A stretch of 63,708 nt of DNA, filler included, from Octopus bimaculoides (GCF_001194135.2; 5 parts of 5 records of this genome joined end to end with filler, not necessarily neighbours in it); one strand, 5' to 3'; counted from the first letter of the whole stretch, positions 36,504-51,116 are shown. Numbers and translations are program-made. Notes: generated from the sequence alone by a model not told the origin.

Positions 36504-37649
36504 GAGCGACACTGGCGGAAAGGCTTTCGTATATATAACCACTGTATACAGTAATCTGTGATGGTAAGAGACCGTTCACGTAAAATGTGCTATGAGTTTT
36601 TGATGACTTCTGTTGCGTGCGTGTGCTGTGTCAAGTGGTGTTGAAAGAGAATGTGGTTTGTTTCGATCGAGTGTGCTATTAAGTGAAGGAGCGTAATTGA
36701 AGAACAATTGGTTGTAGGATTTCGTAACGTTGGCAAAGATCTTCTTGACAGAATCTTTATGAACGCTGCTACAGAATGTGTGTTAATCCATGATGATTAT
36801 TTCATCTATCGACGGAAATCCGTAATAAAATATATAAACATACATATATGTATACACTAGCTGGTGAACCCGGTAATTATCGTGGGTAAAGATGTTCAAT
36901 TGAAACTTATATTACTCTGATATAAGAAAGCAATTTCGTTATAACTGCCACAAAAGGTGTATTTTCCGCCAATAAAAAGTACAAAATACTGTCAGCTGGA
37001 GGAGGGAGAGATTGTTGGAGGTTGGAGAGAAAAGTTGTCGGAGGTTGGCGAGAGACAAAGACATTATTCTGCTAAGCGAAGGCATCTGGGAAACGTATAA
37101 CTGCTGTCATTCACAGAAAAACTATTGTTTTACCGCGAAAAAAGCGCTGTTGAAGTGTGAAGTAAAATTTTGCAATCGAGGATCGAATCTACGCTATGCC
37201 TGCATGAAGCCACTACAAATACGTTGTGGAATAAAAAAATTATCTACTGTCATGGAAAAGGTATAACTGTAAAAATGCAGAATTATCGGAGTAATAGGCG
37301 CTAAAGAACGTATGTATGTATAGAAATGTATGAATGAAGTCTTTAATGTTTAAGATTCAAATTAAGGAAGTGGAAAAATAATGTTCAGCGGTTCAAAACT
37401 GTGAGTAGTGAAATGCAAAATTAGGTCGGCTGATCGTGAGAATCAAAGATTGATCGCTTCGCTAAAATCTGCCGGTGGTATGGGTTATTTCCCTTGGATT
37501 GTTTAAATGAAATAATAATATGTAGTAGATTAGATCGTTACTTTTGTTTATGAGAAATTTGCTGTTAAGTGCGTTGAAGTTTCATTTGGCTGTTCGTTTT
37601 GCATTTGAGAGTTCAATGTGGAATAGCGAAATTGATATTTGTCTCGATA

Positions 37650-37738
37650 ATCACTGTTGCCACAGCATGATCCACTCATCACTGTTGCCACAGCATGATC
37701 CACTTATCACTGTTGCCACAGCATGATCCACTCATCAC
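37650..37738. repeat. 28-bp tandem repeat x about 3.2
   Basis: ATCACTGTTGCCACAGCATGATCCACT(C/T). Confidence 0.95.
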
Positions 37739-40024
37739 AAACTTAGATCTTCTCCTATGGTAGAATATGCACAAAAATATCAACGAATATCCTTTCTCTT
37801 GGCAAACAGAAGACAGACGCATACTTGGATATCAGAATAACAATACTTTTCTGTGTAACCAATATTATTTATAATACTCATAATTCTGTCATATTTTTTC
37901 ACAAATAGATTATTATCTAGCGTTGACAGTAGTTCGGTAGGTACTTATCAAAAGGTATTCATAATCTGAACCTATTTATTCTCTTAGAATTTTGAACTGC
38001 ACTGTTGTATAATTTTAGCTCTGGAATTTTAAAATGCAACGATATAATCCAATGTTTTCAGGAAATGCACTTTACATAGAGTAGTCTACAAAGTAAGCGG
38101 TATCCGATTGTTATCCGATTCAGTTGTAATCAGAGGCCTGCTTGATTATTTTAGTATTCAGCTGTCTTCCTATTTATTAAAGTCCTTCTATAATCCTAAT
38201 ATACACACAAATTTTGTCATTGTTTGCTCGGTTTCTTTTCTTTTTCTATTATGTTTGCTTTTAGGACCTGAAATTCCATTTTATCTCATATTTATTCAAT
38301 TCCATTTTTACAAAGGTTTATTGATTCTTCTGTGTATCTACGTCAAGGTGGTGAATCTTTTTCTTGGAAAAGTTATTCTATATTGGAGTTGAGATGTAGC
38401 TTATTGATAAAGTTCTACTGATATTAATCCTTCCCAACCCCACCATATATTTAGCCTCTTCATCATATCTTTTCTGATTCCATTCTGCAGTGGAATTTCC
38501 ATTATCCGGGAAGAGTCGCATATCATGATTCAATAGCTGGTATTTCCTTTCTTTTCAGTAATATCACTTGTATTATCGGAATAGGACGAGCTTCTTTCAA
38601 TATGTTTATAATATTCTTGAATTAATTAATAAATCATTATTTTGCTGCATTGCTTTGAAATATTACACTTCATTTAGAACAACCATTTAGATTTTTTTTT
38701 ATGTAATTTATGTGAAATCGTTTCAATGTTATCAATATTTTTAATGTTATTAAAAATGATAATACTGATTTTTATATTCAGGCAGATAGCGCATTTTTCT
38801 TTCTCTTTTTTTTTTACCATTGCATTCGGCCTAATTTCAGTTAATGCAAAAACTGGAATGAAATTAAGAAACGCTATTTTAAAAGAAATCGGAGCAACGA
38901 ATTCAGAGTCGTTAACGCTGCAACAACGGAAATAGAGATAATTAGCAGGATTCTAGGAAATTCCACGGTTTATAAATATTCTCATTCTATTTTGATTGAA
39001 TAAAAATATTGTTCTTCAAAATATTTCATACTTTTGAAAGGTTTCATTTACGTCTTTGATTTTGCTATATAAGTTTGTTCTTATAATAATAACGTTAATT
39101 ACACTCCCTCAATTCGAACAAAAGTAAGAACACAATGCTACACATACCCTAGGAAGACGGTGGAGCAGCAAGCGGTGTTGTACAAACTTGCATGAAACTA
39201 ACAAAGAAGAAAACAAAAATTGTTGTTTCAAATATTAGCACAGGGATCACAATTTTAGGAAGACGACCGTAAGTCGATTGCATCAGCCCCACTGCTTGAT
39301 TGGTACTTTTATTTTATGGATTCCGAGAGCATTAAAGGGAAAATCGACCTAGAATGCAAAGAGCCGGAATAAATGATGCAAACTCTTTGTCTGACGCTCC
39401 TGATCAATAGTGTTGCTGCTGCGTTTTTCTGTTTGTTATTGCTGCTGTTGTTACTGGTGGCGCTAATGATGATAACGGTAGTGACGACGTTATTTATTTC
39501 GCTCAGAGTTTCGCTAATATTCTCTAGCATTTTCTTGCTGTTCATGTTGGTGTTGACATTTTTGATTTTTCCACCATTTTTCTTTTGGTTGTTTTGGTAA
39601 CCGCCGTCGTTGCTTCTGCTGTTTTCTTGGGTTGTTTATAGTAATCCTCGTCGTCTTGTTTATATCGTTCCTGTTTAACATTTCAATAACGGACTTCTTA
39701 GATTTAACACCTACACATTCATTCTCATATTTATCTTAATTATGTTTAGGAGAATTTTATAAAATTTATTTTCTGCTTTGATGAAGAAAATTTGAAAAAA
39801 AAGCAGCAAAATGCTTCAGTGTTGGCACCCCCGCTGCAATAGCTCCTTCCCATTACTCCACCCTCATTCAGCTTCAAACTTGTCTACTGTAGCGCTCATT
39901 ATTCCATGAGACACTGAGAGTTTTTTTATTCCCTCTCTCTCCCTCGGGCATGTTCTTAACAATCATAAAGAAAATTACAAGTTTTGTCAGAGATTTTATG
40001 AGACATAATGCCACTCTACTAGCT

Positions 40025-40071
<47 letters not shown>

Positions 40072-40294
40072 GTTCAGTAGTTTTATTTTTATAACGTGCT
40101 TTCACTTGACTACCGAGCGCAGCTCTGTGCGCCTTGGGTATATGCTGTGGTTTGCTGTGGTGCTCTTATGTTTACTGTATTGAAAGTGTTTTGCGTAGAA
40201 TGTGTGCAGTACCCAGTAGTGCAATTTTCTGTATGTTATATATATTTGTAAGTCCTGGTGTTTTTGTTATGTATTTGGCTGAATATTTTTTAAA

Positions 40295-40342
<48 letters not shown>

Positions 40343-40382
40343 TATTAATAGTTGATTTTATAATAGTAATAGTAATAATAAT

Positions 40383-40580
40383 GGCTTCAAATTTTGGCAC
40401 AAGGCCAGCAAATTCTGGGGGTGATGAGGATAGGGATAGTCGATTAAATCGACTCCACTACTCAACTGGTACTTATTTTAAGGACCCTGGAAAGGTGAAA
40501 GTCCACCTCAGCAGAATTTGAATTTCGCCGGACGAAATACCGCTTAGAGTTTCGTCTGGCGTACTAAAGATTCTGCTAGC
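40383..40580 (-). mobile_element. SINE family B
   Basis: TTCAAATTTTGGCACAAGGCCAGC tail through CTGCTAGCTCACTGCC head. Confidence 0.8.
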
Positions 40581-40584
40581 TCAC

Positions 40585-40765
<181 letters not shown>

Positions 40766-40879
40766 GCACAAACCAGCAATTGGAGGAGAAGCTTTAGTCG
40801 GTACAAGAATTAATCCACTACTTGATTGTTACTTTATTTTAGAACACCAATATAGCAATAATTTATCATTATGCAGGTC

Positions 40880-41400
40880 CTTGAAATTGCTGTTTCTGGG
40901 GTTGCAACTGATATTACACTCTACCATCACTTGCCGTCACTCGTTACTGCTTACAATTTTCCTTTTCGCTTCTCCAACTCTTCTTCATAGAAAAACCTTG
41001 CTCCATCATGTATAGTAGCTAGGCTCTTCATCAATCAAAGGCACGCCGTAAGGCCTTTCCCTCATAAACTACAGAACAAAATTGCGAATTAGATTTGCTG
41101 ATTTAAGGGAGCCGTACAGATTTCTATATCCGTAAAATCTGTACCTGAAGTTATATTGCTAAAAGTTGCAGCAGCGATAACCACTCATCCATATCTTGCT
41201 AGAAAATTTCTAGGAGCCAGAGATCAGCCTTGTGATTAATATATTTAGCAGTGACGCTCATTTTCTGGGCAAGGGTGTGACACTCTGATCCCGCTTGTCC
41301 CTTCGCCCAATCCTCAATATCAGTAAGGGCTACTTCTTGTTGTTCTTTGAAACAAGTAAAGGAAGTTTCTGTATCATTTTGGACTGCCAAAAATCTTATA
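40880..41400 (-). mobile_element. Possible decayed hAT (Buster/Charlie-like) transposase fragment
   Basis: CHTLAQKMS..YINHK..QDM..EGKALRRAFD loosely parallels the RHALA..VNFIK..LCEDM..RGKVLKR series. Many stops. Confidence 0.35.
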
Positions 41401-42174
41401 TAGATTCCTAAGGGTCATATTCACTCCGACTGAGAACCACTATTATACACGCTCATGTGCATTATCTTCCTTGAGCATTATGTTTCACGCATTATTATTC
41501 TGGAAAGAACTGAGATATAAATAAAGTATTAAACATTTTTAAGAAAGTTTAATGAACACCATTAAAGTTTCTTGTACAAAAGTTTATCTTTATCATTCTT
41601 ACGCTTCTTGTCTTCCATATTAACCCAGACATAAAACATTTTCAAATAAGTAACTCGGGGCTGGTATTCAATATTTCCTCCACCTTTTTTAATATGATAC
41701 TTAAGATTAACATCAGACAATTATTTTTCATTTATCTCAAAGTTTTATAGTTGTTTCAGCAGCCATTTCATCTTTCGAAGACGTTTTAGTATTGATCACA
41801 ACATTGAATCTAAGGAGTAATTTTGACTTTGATTTTGTTTCAGTCACTGATCGCAATTTTCAAGTGTTTATCTGATCTCTATAGCAAGCTGCAATTTTTC
41901 ATATTGCTATATTCAAAGATACTTTAATTCCTAGTATAATCAGGTATACTTCCGAATAGAAAAAATACATTTAAGGAGGCGTTATTTATTTTTTCACATT
42001 AACGCTCTGCAAATTTTGCAAGTACAAAGATATTGCAGTCTTTCCAAAATATTGATTGCTTTTTTATCCTGCACAATGGTAAATGCCTTTAGGAAATGGT
42101 TATATTAGATTCCATTGAGACTCTAGTATATGGCTAATATATACTTATTAGAAAATTAGATGGTTGAATTAAGG

Positions 42175-43103
42175 CAGCAAGATGAGAGAAATGTTAGCAT
42201 GCCGGCCAAAATCCTACGCGACACTTCACGTTCTGAGTTCAAATTCCGCCGAAGCTAACTTTACTTTTTACTCTCTCAAGGTCGATAAAATAAGTGCCAG
42301 TTGAACACTCGGTCGATTTAGTCGAATTACGCCCTCCACCAAACCTGTTGGTCCTGTGCCAAAATTTGAAACCAATATTTGATGCGTGAATCTGAAAGTG
42401 CGATACTTTTGAAATAAGTATTGTAATTCCATTGGTGTTTTATCGTTTTCCGATCTTCTAGAGAAAAAATTTCGGAAATAACGGCTTAGATTCAGAGAAA
42501 AGTAACATTTTGCATGAGATATTCGTGTATTATTAAATTTCCTGCTGGAAGTTACGTAAAATGTAGATTGAAAATGTGACTCGAATAATTATAATTGTGT
42601 ATTGTAAGAACGTGTCTCATATTCCGGTGCTGTTATGCCTCGCTGTGTTTGTGCGTGTGTCTGCGTGTACTTATGCATGCATGTATGTTTATGTTGCACA
42701 CTGACACGTATGACATCTTTAAATGCATATTATTGGACGAGGGTCATATTTCGTTAATGCTTGCTAAAATGTGTATATTAAAAACATTGTAGATAAGGTA
42801 ATAACAAACCTTAACTAAGTTAATGGAAGTTTGTTATAGGCTATGTAAGAGGTCTATGGTGGTGTTATGTTATGGATAGCGCAGTAAAGCCGCAAGCTGA
42901 CTGAATTGTTAGCGTGAAGGCAGAAATGCTTAGCGGCATTTCATCCGTCTTTACATTCTGAGTTCAAATTCCACTGGGGTCGATTTTGCATTTCAATCTT
43001 TCGGGGTTGATCAAATACGTACCAGTTGACAACTGGGCTCAATTTAATTGACTTAGCACCTCCAACAACCTGCTGGCCTTGCACCAAAATTTGAAACCAA
43101 TAT
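42175..43103 (+). mobile_element. Two SINE family B copies (42175-42378, 42890-43103)
   Basis: TTCTGAGTTCAAATTCC..GTCGAT..CCAAAATTTGAAACCAAT in both copies. Confidence 0.8.
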
Positions 43104-43464
43104 TTTCAGCGCAGTAACAAAAGATTAAATACAATAAATGGAAATGAAGTATTTAACAGTTTTGCTTCTCATTCTGCAATATGTAGCTCATGTTATCATG
43201 GAAGTCAAAGTACAAAGTTTGGAGACCATACATTAGATCAGTAACTTAAATAAATTATCATTATTTTGAGATACTCATTAATATTTCTTGTCGTAACAGT
43301 GTACCAAAAACGTTGCAGAGTGGCCGGATAACTTTAGTATTGCAAATCTGTAATTCGAGTGATACGGGTGACATTTTAACTTTCTTCATTGTATTGTAGC
43401 CATTAAGAAAATGGTCTGCTAAGGGTCAGTTGTTCTTACAAAGATTTGAATGGTCATCTTTTTT

Positions 43465-43667
43465 TTATTTGTTTCACTCATCACACTGCAGCCATGCTGG
43501 GGCACCGACTTGAATTTTTAGTCGAATGAATTGATCCCAGTATTTATTTTTTTAGGCATGGTATTTATTCTATCAGTTTCTTTTGCCGAACAGCTAAGTT
43601 ACGGGGACACAAACACACCAAAACCGGCTGTCAAGCGGTGATGGGAGGGACAAACATAGACACAAAG

Positions 43668-43716
<49 letters not shown>

Positions 43717-44290
43717 NNNNNNNNNNNNNNNNNNNNNNNNNNNNNNNNNNNNNNNNNNNNNNNNNNNNNNAAGTGTCTTCTACTATAGCCTCGGGCCGAC
43801 CAAAGCCTTGTGAGTGGATTTGGTAGACGGAAACTGAAAGAAGCCCGTCGTATATATGTATGTGTGTATGTGTTTGTGTGTCTGTGTTTGTCCCCCCAAC
43901 ATCGCTTGACAACCGATGCCGGTGTGTTTATGTCCCCCGTAACTTAGCGGTTCGGCAAAAGAGACCGATAGAATAAGTACTAGGCTTCTAAAGAATAAGT
44001 CCTGGGGTCGATATGCTCGACTAAAGGCGGTGCTCCAGCATGGCCATAGTCAAAAGACTGAAACAAGTAAAAGAGATACATATATATATATTTATCCATG
44101 TATATATGAACGACTAGCTGCATGCAGTTTCTTTCTAAAAAAAACCCTTAATATTGAAGCTCGTAAAAGGTCCACAAATCTTTGGTTCATCCGAGGTCAT
44201 AGTAGAAGACACCCAAGGTGCCTGAAAGGGGATGGAACCTGAGACCACGTGGTTGGGAAGCGTGCTGCTTACCACGCAGCTACGCCTGCA
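43465..44290. mobile_element. SINE A copies in opposite orientations around a 54-N gap
   Basis: Minus tail 43465-43700; plus core, microsatellite and tail 43771-44075; minus head/core 44165-44290. Confidence 0.8.
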
Positions 44291-45389
44291 CCTTGGTAAA
44301 ATGGATAAATAAGAAAACAAAAGAGCTAATATTGTCTTTTGAAACAAAGTACTAAAACGTGTTGTTTTGATGTGAACAGATAAGATAATGAGAACATTTT
44401 TTGTTTCTTTTTCTACTGAATTCTTTACTAAGTGGTGTTGTTGTTATCAAGCCAGATGTCTGTCATGACATGTCGTTTCCTTTTTGGTGCATATACCAAC
44501 AATGTCTCTTGTTAGAATATATATTGGTCAATTGAATATTCATAATTCTTTAGGATAACTGTGCCTTACAAACAAATCAATGGTCAACGCCCTTCTTATT
44601 TTTAATCTAACACCGGATATGTGAATGCTACTTTCAACTCTTCAAATAATATTGACATTTAAATCTGGAATGTTTTTAACCTAATTCTGAGCTTTGATAA
44701 CTGTAACATAAAAAAATTAAACTAAAGAAACAGCATGTTAACAATTGAAAAATAGCTTTCTTAGTGATTCGGCTTTTAGTAAGTAGAAAGCTTAATTCTC
44801 GAGCTAAATTTCTTGATATTTTATAAGATAATATCGGATTTTAAACGCTAATGTAAGCCAATAACATGTTTTCTCGGTCATATTGAAAGATATCTTCACT
44901 CAAAAAGAAAGTGATATGTGAAATAGTAGAAATAATAAAACATGTAATTACATTTAATAATTATGTCTGTCTAAATTCTGTACTAAAATTTTACGCCTGC
45001 AATCTTATTCCATCTTCGGAGTTGATACGATAAGCTATGATAACACACTTGGATTAGTTAAATTAATTCTACCTTTTCGTGCATCGATGTTATTTGTGCA
45101 AAGTAAAACAAGACGAATGCATCGAATGATAAAGATACCTGGCATTTTTAGATAAATATGAAAGGTATTTAAAAGGGGTGATATTTTGGTAAAACTCTGG
45201 TACTTATAAGAAAGAAAAAAAATAGGGCTGCTTGTAAATAACTGAAGATCAAATAATTCTTGTATATTCCGAGATTTTACTCTGTGTGTTTGTATGAGGC
45301 CCTTTGAGAATCATTTAAGCAGTACTGTTGTTCCTCTTATATTTTTGAAACCTTGCATTTAATGATGTGTAAAATTACGGACATAATAT

Positions 45390-45600
45390 TGATTTCAAAC
45401 TTCGGCACGTTGCCTAAAATTTAGGGAGAGTGTTTAAGTCGATGACATCCACCACAAGCACTCAAGTGGTACTTGTTTTATCGAGAAGATTAAATGCAAA
45501 GTTGACCTCGGAGAAATTTGAACTCAGAACGTAAAAACAGACAAAGTCCCGCCAAGCATCTTTTTCCGGCGTGCTAACTATTCTGTCAGTTCACCATCTT
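45390..45600 (-). mobile_element. SINE family B
   Basis: GCAAAGTTGACCTCGGAGAAATTTGAACTCAGAACG. Confidence 0.8.
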
Positions 45601-47318
45601 AGTTATAGCAGAGTATTAGTTGTAGTTTTTACCACCAAATTTGCACTAGCATAAGAACATTCCGTATTGATTCGGGAAATTATATGAGCTATTCGTGTTT
45701 TCACATACACAATTTTCAGTAGTTAATATTCTGACTTGTCTTCTCCGTTTTGCCATTTAATAATAACAAATAACATTAAACAACAATTGAGTTTTTCCTC
45801 ATTTTTAATATATATTTTTTATTTGTAACTTAATTAACTCTATGCCCATACGTACTTACATACAAGCATGGTTATGCATATATATTTATATATGTCTATA
45901 TATGTGTATATATGCACATCACACTCACATACACTAAAAAGCAAACGTACACGTACACTCACATGCACAGATACACACGCATATGTAAATATGTATGTAT
46001 CTGTGCACGGAAAAATGTTTGAACTTCGGCTGTTTTTTTATTGAAATAGAATCATCAGGGCTACATAAAATGTATGAGATATTTATATATAGTCATCTAT
46101 TCGAGCAAATCTCCATTCAGAAACATGAAAGAGATCTGATATGAGCTTTTATAAAAATAGGAAATTATTAAGAAAAATATACAAAATTATCTATTTTGGA
46201 ATCAAGTTTATATTAATACAATGAAATGTCCATTCATAACTTGAGTAGATAGTATGAGAGATTTTCTCTCGGTAAAATTAAGGACTTAAAAATAAATGAA
46301 AAAGTAAATTATATATATATCTATGTATATCGGCAGAGATGATGTTCAATGTCTACCCTCCCTCACCATTTTCTCCGCTTCTGTATGTATAATATATATA
46401 TANNNNNNNNNNNNNNNNNNNNNNNNNNNNNNNNNNNNNNNNNNNNNNNNNNNNNNNNNATAAGTATATATGTTTGTGTGTGTGTGTTATCTGGCAGGAA
46501 AAAGAATCAACGATGCGATATAGTATAGTGTTGAAAATAGAGATTTAAAAATACACGTTTTCGAGATTGGTTAAATAGACACAGGAAATTAATGAGTATT
46601 TCCAAAATTTTCTTAAATACTAAAATTTTAAACGCATCATGTTTCTCAATGGCATACGAGATAATAAAGCACACAATTTAAATACCTAATTATCGTCCAT
46701 AATTATATTTATTTCTCAAACATTAAAAATAGATTTAATTCAAAGATATTACGTTCACTTTACAAGGCAGATAATTTACTTTTAGCGATATATAAATTTA
46801 ATTTCTTTCTGCCTATTAAATTATAAATATTTGTGACAATTGAAAGTGTAATACTCCAAAATATTCAATTACACTTTTTTTTAACAAATCGAATATTTAA
46901 TATATCATAACAAATTAGTTATGGTAAATTCTGAGTCGAGAAAATTTTTTCACATATATTCTGAAATAGTTTTAATAAAATTGTCTAGAAATTACATACT
47001 AAAATAATGATTTATAATTTTCCAAATATGCAAAATTGCTGTCACGCCTGTATTAACACATTTCATTCAAAATTTTACGATTAAGATAATATTTTAAAAA
47101 TTATACTTTGCTTGCAAGCAACCAATTACAGGTGAAAATGAGTGATTTTTTTTCTTTTGAAATCTCATGTAGTTAATATATCGCACTGAAATATTAAAAA
47201 AAAAAAAATAAATATATAAACGGACAAAAACTGAAAGAAAAAAAATTGATATAATTTCGAGATTGTCAAACCTGGTAATTCAGATCTCTTTATGACACGA
47301 TATATCCAACAATGTGGC

Positions 47319-47350
47319 ACTTACCTGTAAAAAGAGAAAATAAACATTAG
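47319..47350 (-). other. Candidate recursive splice site (zero-length exon / ratchet point)
   Basis: Minus strand CTAATGTTTATTTTCTCTTTTTACAG|GTAAGT, junction at 47325/47324. Confidence 0.5.
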
Positions 47351-47629
47351 AATGATACACAGAAGCAAAAATTTATAGATATATAATATGATGGAATGAC
47401 AGAACACGCAGAATAAAGTGAATGGATGTATTTTAAGATTTCTTAATTTACGTAGATTTTCAATCACATCACTCGTTATTCGCACATATACAGACACAAA
47501 TACATCCAATATACCTATGGGCTGCCTACCACACACCCACACACACACACACACACAAACACATATATATGTATGTATGTATGTGTGCATGTATATATAG
47601 TAAATCCAAACAAAGAAGAATAAACAAGA

Positions 47630-47790
47630 CAAAACAATAATGCGAGGACGTGGTACAAGTAATGTATTATCAGACGCTCAGGAAAAGAAGGAAAGGGAAT
47701 TTAACGTTTCGAACCTTGCTCTTCTTCAGAAATAGAGGAAAGTCCAAAGGAAAGTAAAACGGAGGAAGAAAATCGCCAACGATACACACG
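47630..47790 (-). mobile_element. Penelope-like fragment with hammerhead-like motif at 47699-47733
   Basis: Minus: ATTT-CTGAAGA-A-GAGC-AAG-GTTC-GAAACGTT-AAAT, followed by CTGAGCGTC..ACCACGTCCTCG similar to the 705 and 10420 copies. Confidence 0.55.
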
Positions 47791-48477
47791 CAGTTATATA
47801 TATATATATATATGTAAATACACACACACAAATATCTCTTTCTCGTCCTTCCCTAATTTTTCAATCCCTCTATCCACCACCTCTCTCCTCTTCTTCCACG
47901 TGACCGGTGTTCGGCCAAGCCTGACTTTCTTTCTTGGTTCGACTACCAGCCGTGCAGCATTTCTCGTATTTCTTCTCATGACCGTAAGGCTTCACTTCCA
48001 CACACACCAGCTGAATTTGATTCATCCTTAGTCGAAAGACACCTGTTGTTAATGTCCTGTTATTTGTATTTGTAATTGGTACCATTTCCCCGTTTTTGTT
48101 TTACTTTTCGTCCTTGTTTTCGTATATATTCGCTTGCTTTCTTCCAAAGAATCAAGTGCTCTTAGCTTAGATTTCGTTGGGGCCGGCCAGATTAGAGCAA
48201 TCTCGAGATTAACCAGCCAACAGTGCAAAGACGATCTGCTTCTCGACTGAAGATTGAAAGTTCCGAATATCCTGTCCTTGTTTTTTCCTGTCCTTTTTTG
48301 TATTACCTACTGTCTGGGTGTTTTGTTTTCACCTCTCATTTCCATTTTTTGTTTTGATTATATATATATATATACATATATATATATTACAAAGCGAATC
48401 AAAAATTAAAAAATTCGCGGATTTAAGTGATAAAAACTTTCACCACATTCTTGGTTGCCGTATTACATTCATGGCTA

Positions 48478-48570
<93 letters not shown>

Positions 48571-48571
48571 T

Positions 48572-48648
<77 letters not shown>

Positions 48649-50638
48649 ATATAGATTTACATTTGAAATAGTTGTAGACTTCCCATGATATTTTCGTGTT
48701 CATGATGTGGTTGTTTCGCGTTACGGCCGCCATGAGAAAACGATAAAAAACTATAATTTTTGGCAAATGTAAGCAAGAAGATTTGTATTCTCCCTGTCTT
48801 AGTACTCCCAATTACATTATTGTTTATTTCAAAGCTAGGTTGTAATATCAGGGAAATTTGTTTGAAATTTCTAGCAAAACGAGCTACCCCTACAGCCCGT
48901 CCCCTTTGATATAGTGAAATCTGATGTCATTATTGTTAACTACTGAAGAATTAAAGGCTTCATTAGCTATATTTCAAAATCAAATTGCATATCGTCTCAT
49001 TAAAATGCACGTACGAACCTAAAGGTGTCCGTTTTAACAGTTACCGAGTTAACCAGTTGTGGAATTTAGTATTATCTGCGTAAATAACATTAGAAATATA
49101 TAAGTCTGTAAACTGAACATGAAACACAGAAACAAAGTTATAGAAAATGCTGTCAATATCACATATCGATACGATTTAAAATTTCCATTATCATTATATT
49201 TCAAAGTAAACAAAGAGTTTGTCATTATCTCTGTGCAGGTCCGAAACGCTTCCTTTTTAAAAAAACATATCATACAATTGACAACATCTGATCACCAAAG
49301 CATCAGCCTCTAATTTCCACGCCACGTACGTTCCAGTTTATGGCTTACAGAACAAATCATGTGTAACCACTTTATATTCTCACATTTCATTAAAGCCATG
49401 ATGTAAAAGACAAGGTTGAAGAAGCGTAATTACTGAACTATCAACGAAATTTGTAAAGTGACACAACATTGACACCGAAAGACGGCAGCGGAAGTCAATG
49501 CTGACAATTACTGTCTTGAATCAGAGTCATCCGGTTTAATGCGATATTAAACGTAACACAATACATTTCAAAGCGAATGCACAGTTTTATTTTATTTATT
49601 ACTAGAGCACTCACGTCGTCAATAATGGCTGTATTATTGTTGAAAAAAGTAACCCGATGTAAGAAAAAGATTAGAGGATGAGAGAGTAAATAAAATGCCA
49701 GAACAATAGGGAAATAAGAAAATTATATTCATCATTCATAAAATATTATACATAGTATACAGGTATGACTCACTGCAGATGTTCATGAAGAACATTTCGT
49801 GTTTGAAAACCTTCAGCGTTTTCAATCTGTAATTTCAAAGTGTTCTTAGCCCTAATCCTGACACAGAGCAGGTTATTTTACAGCGTAGACTATAGATGTT
49901 GCAGCAGACGCACGCTAAAGTAGCATTTTAAGTTTCTTAGGACTCTTGCGATCCCAGGATAATCATCAGAATAGTGAATTTCCGAATACAAAAAATAAAC
50001 ATAACAGTTCCAGTGTTTGAAACTTTAGAGAGAAAGATTTTTTCTTTGGTCTTAGTTGTAAAAAATTCAAATCAAACTTAAATACCATTAGTGAATACAA
50101 TGACAGCAAATAGAAAGAACTATTCGGGCTACAATAATGTTTATGAAATCTGTTATAAATGTTGTGATGTCCAAACGTGTGGATATTAAAACGTTTGTTA
50201 AGCATTAAGAAAGCAAAATGAACTTTCAAATTTAAAAGACAAGCAGAAAAACTAAATAGAGACGCTGTTGCAGTAAGAAAGTAGAAAGGCTGCTGGTTGA
50301 TTTAGAAAATTTGAAACTCTTTCATAAAGCATTATGTGACAAATACGAAAGATAAACAGAACGACTCCGGTTCGTGTCGAATAATTTAGAAAATACATCT
50401 TATAAAGTGGAACACATCCAACGGCTTCAAACGCTGAAGTGCTACAACAAAAAAGTATATTTACAAAGACACGTATCGTATTACATATATTGATAATATA
50501 ATACCAGAATCGGTGGAAGCTTATTACTGGAACACATTTATTATATATTAAACTGCTAACAGTAAATTCGTGTGGTGTAATCATTGTCTCATGCTGTGGA
50601 AAGGGGATTGTAAAAATGTTTGCACGATAGGGAGGGTG

Positions 50639-50710
<72 letters not shown>

Positions 50711-51032
50711 TAAACAGAGAGAGAGAGGCAAAGAGAAAGAGAAATAGAGAGAGAGAGACAGATAGAGAGACAGAGAGATAGATTAAAATAAATGCTACTA
50801 CCACATGCTACAAACGCACGCACATAAACACACGGGTAACATTTAGCCGTGCATGTGCGTGAAATAAATGTATTCATGTGTACACGTCAGCAACGCTCAT
50901 AGTTGGGTGAACCAAAGTGGAGTTTAATCAAAAATATTGTTTATCCTCAAAGTATAGATAAAGTAAAATATTCCATTTTGGGGAGTTTCAGTCATTCATT
51001 AAATTTATGCCATTTATTTTATGGAATTGCAT

Positions 51033-51097
<65 letters not shown>

Positions 51098-51116
51098 TTG
51101 TCGGTCTGTCTGTCTG

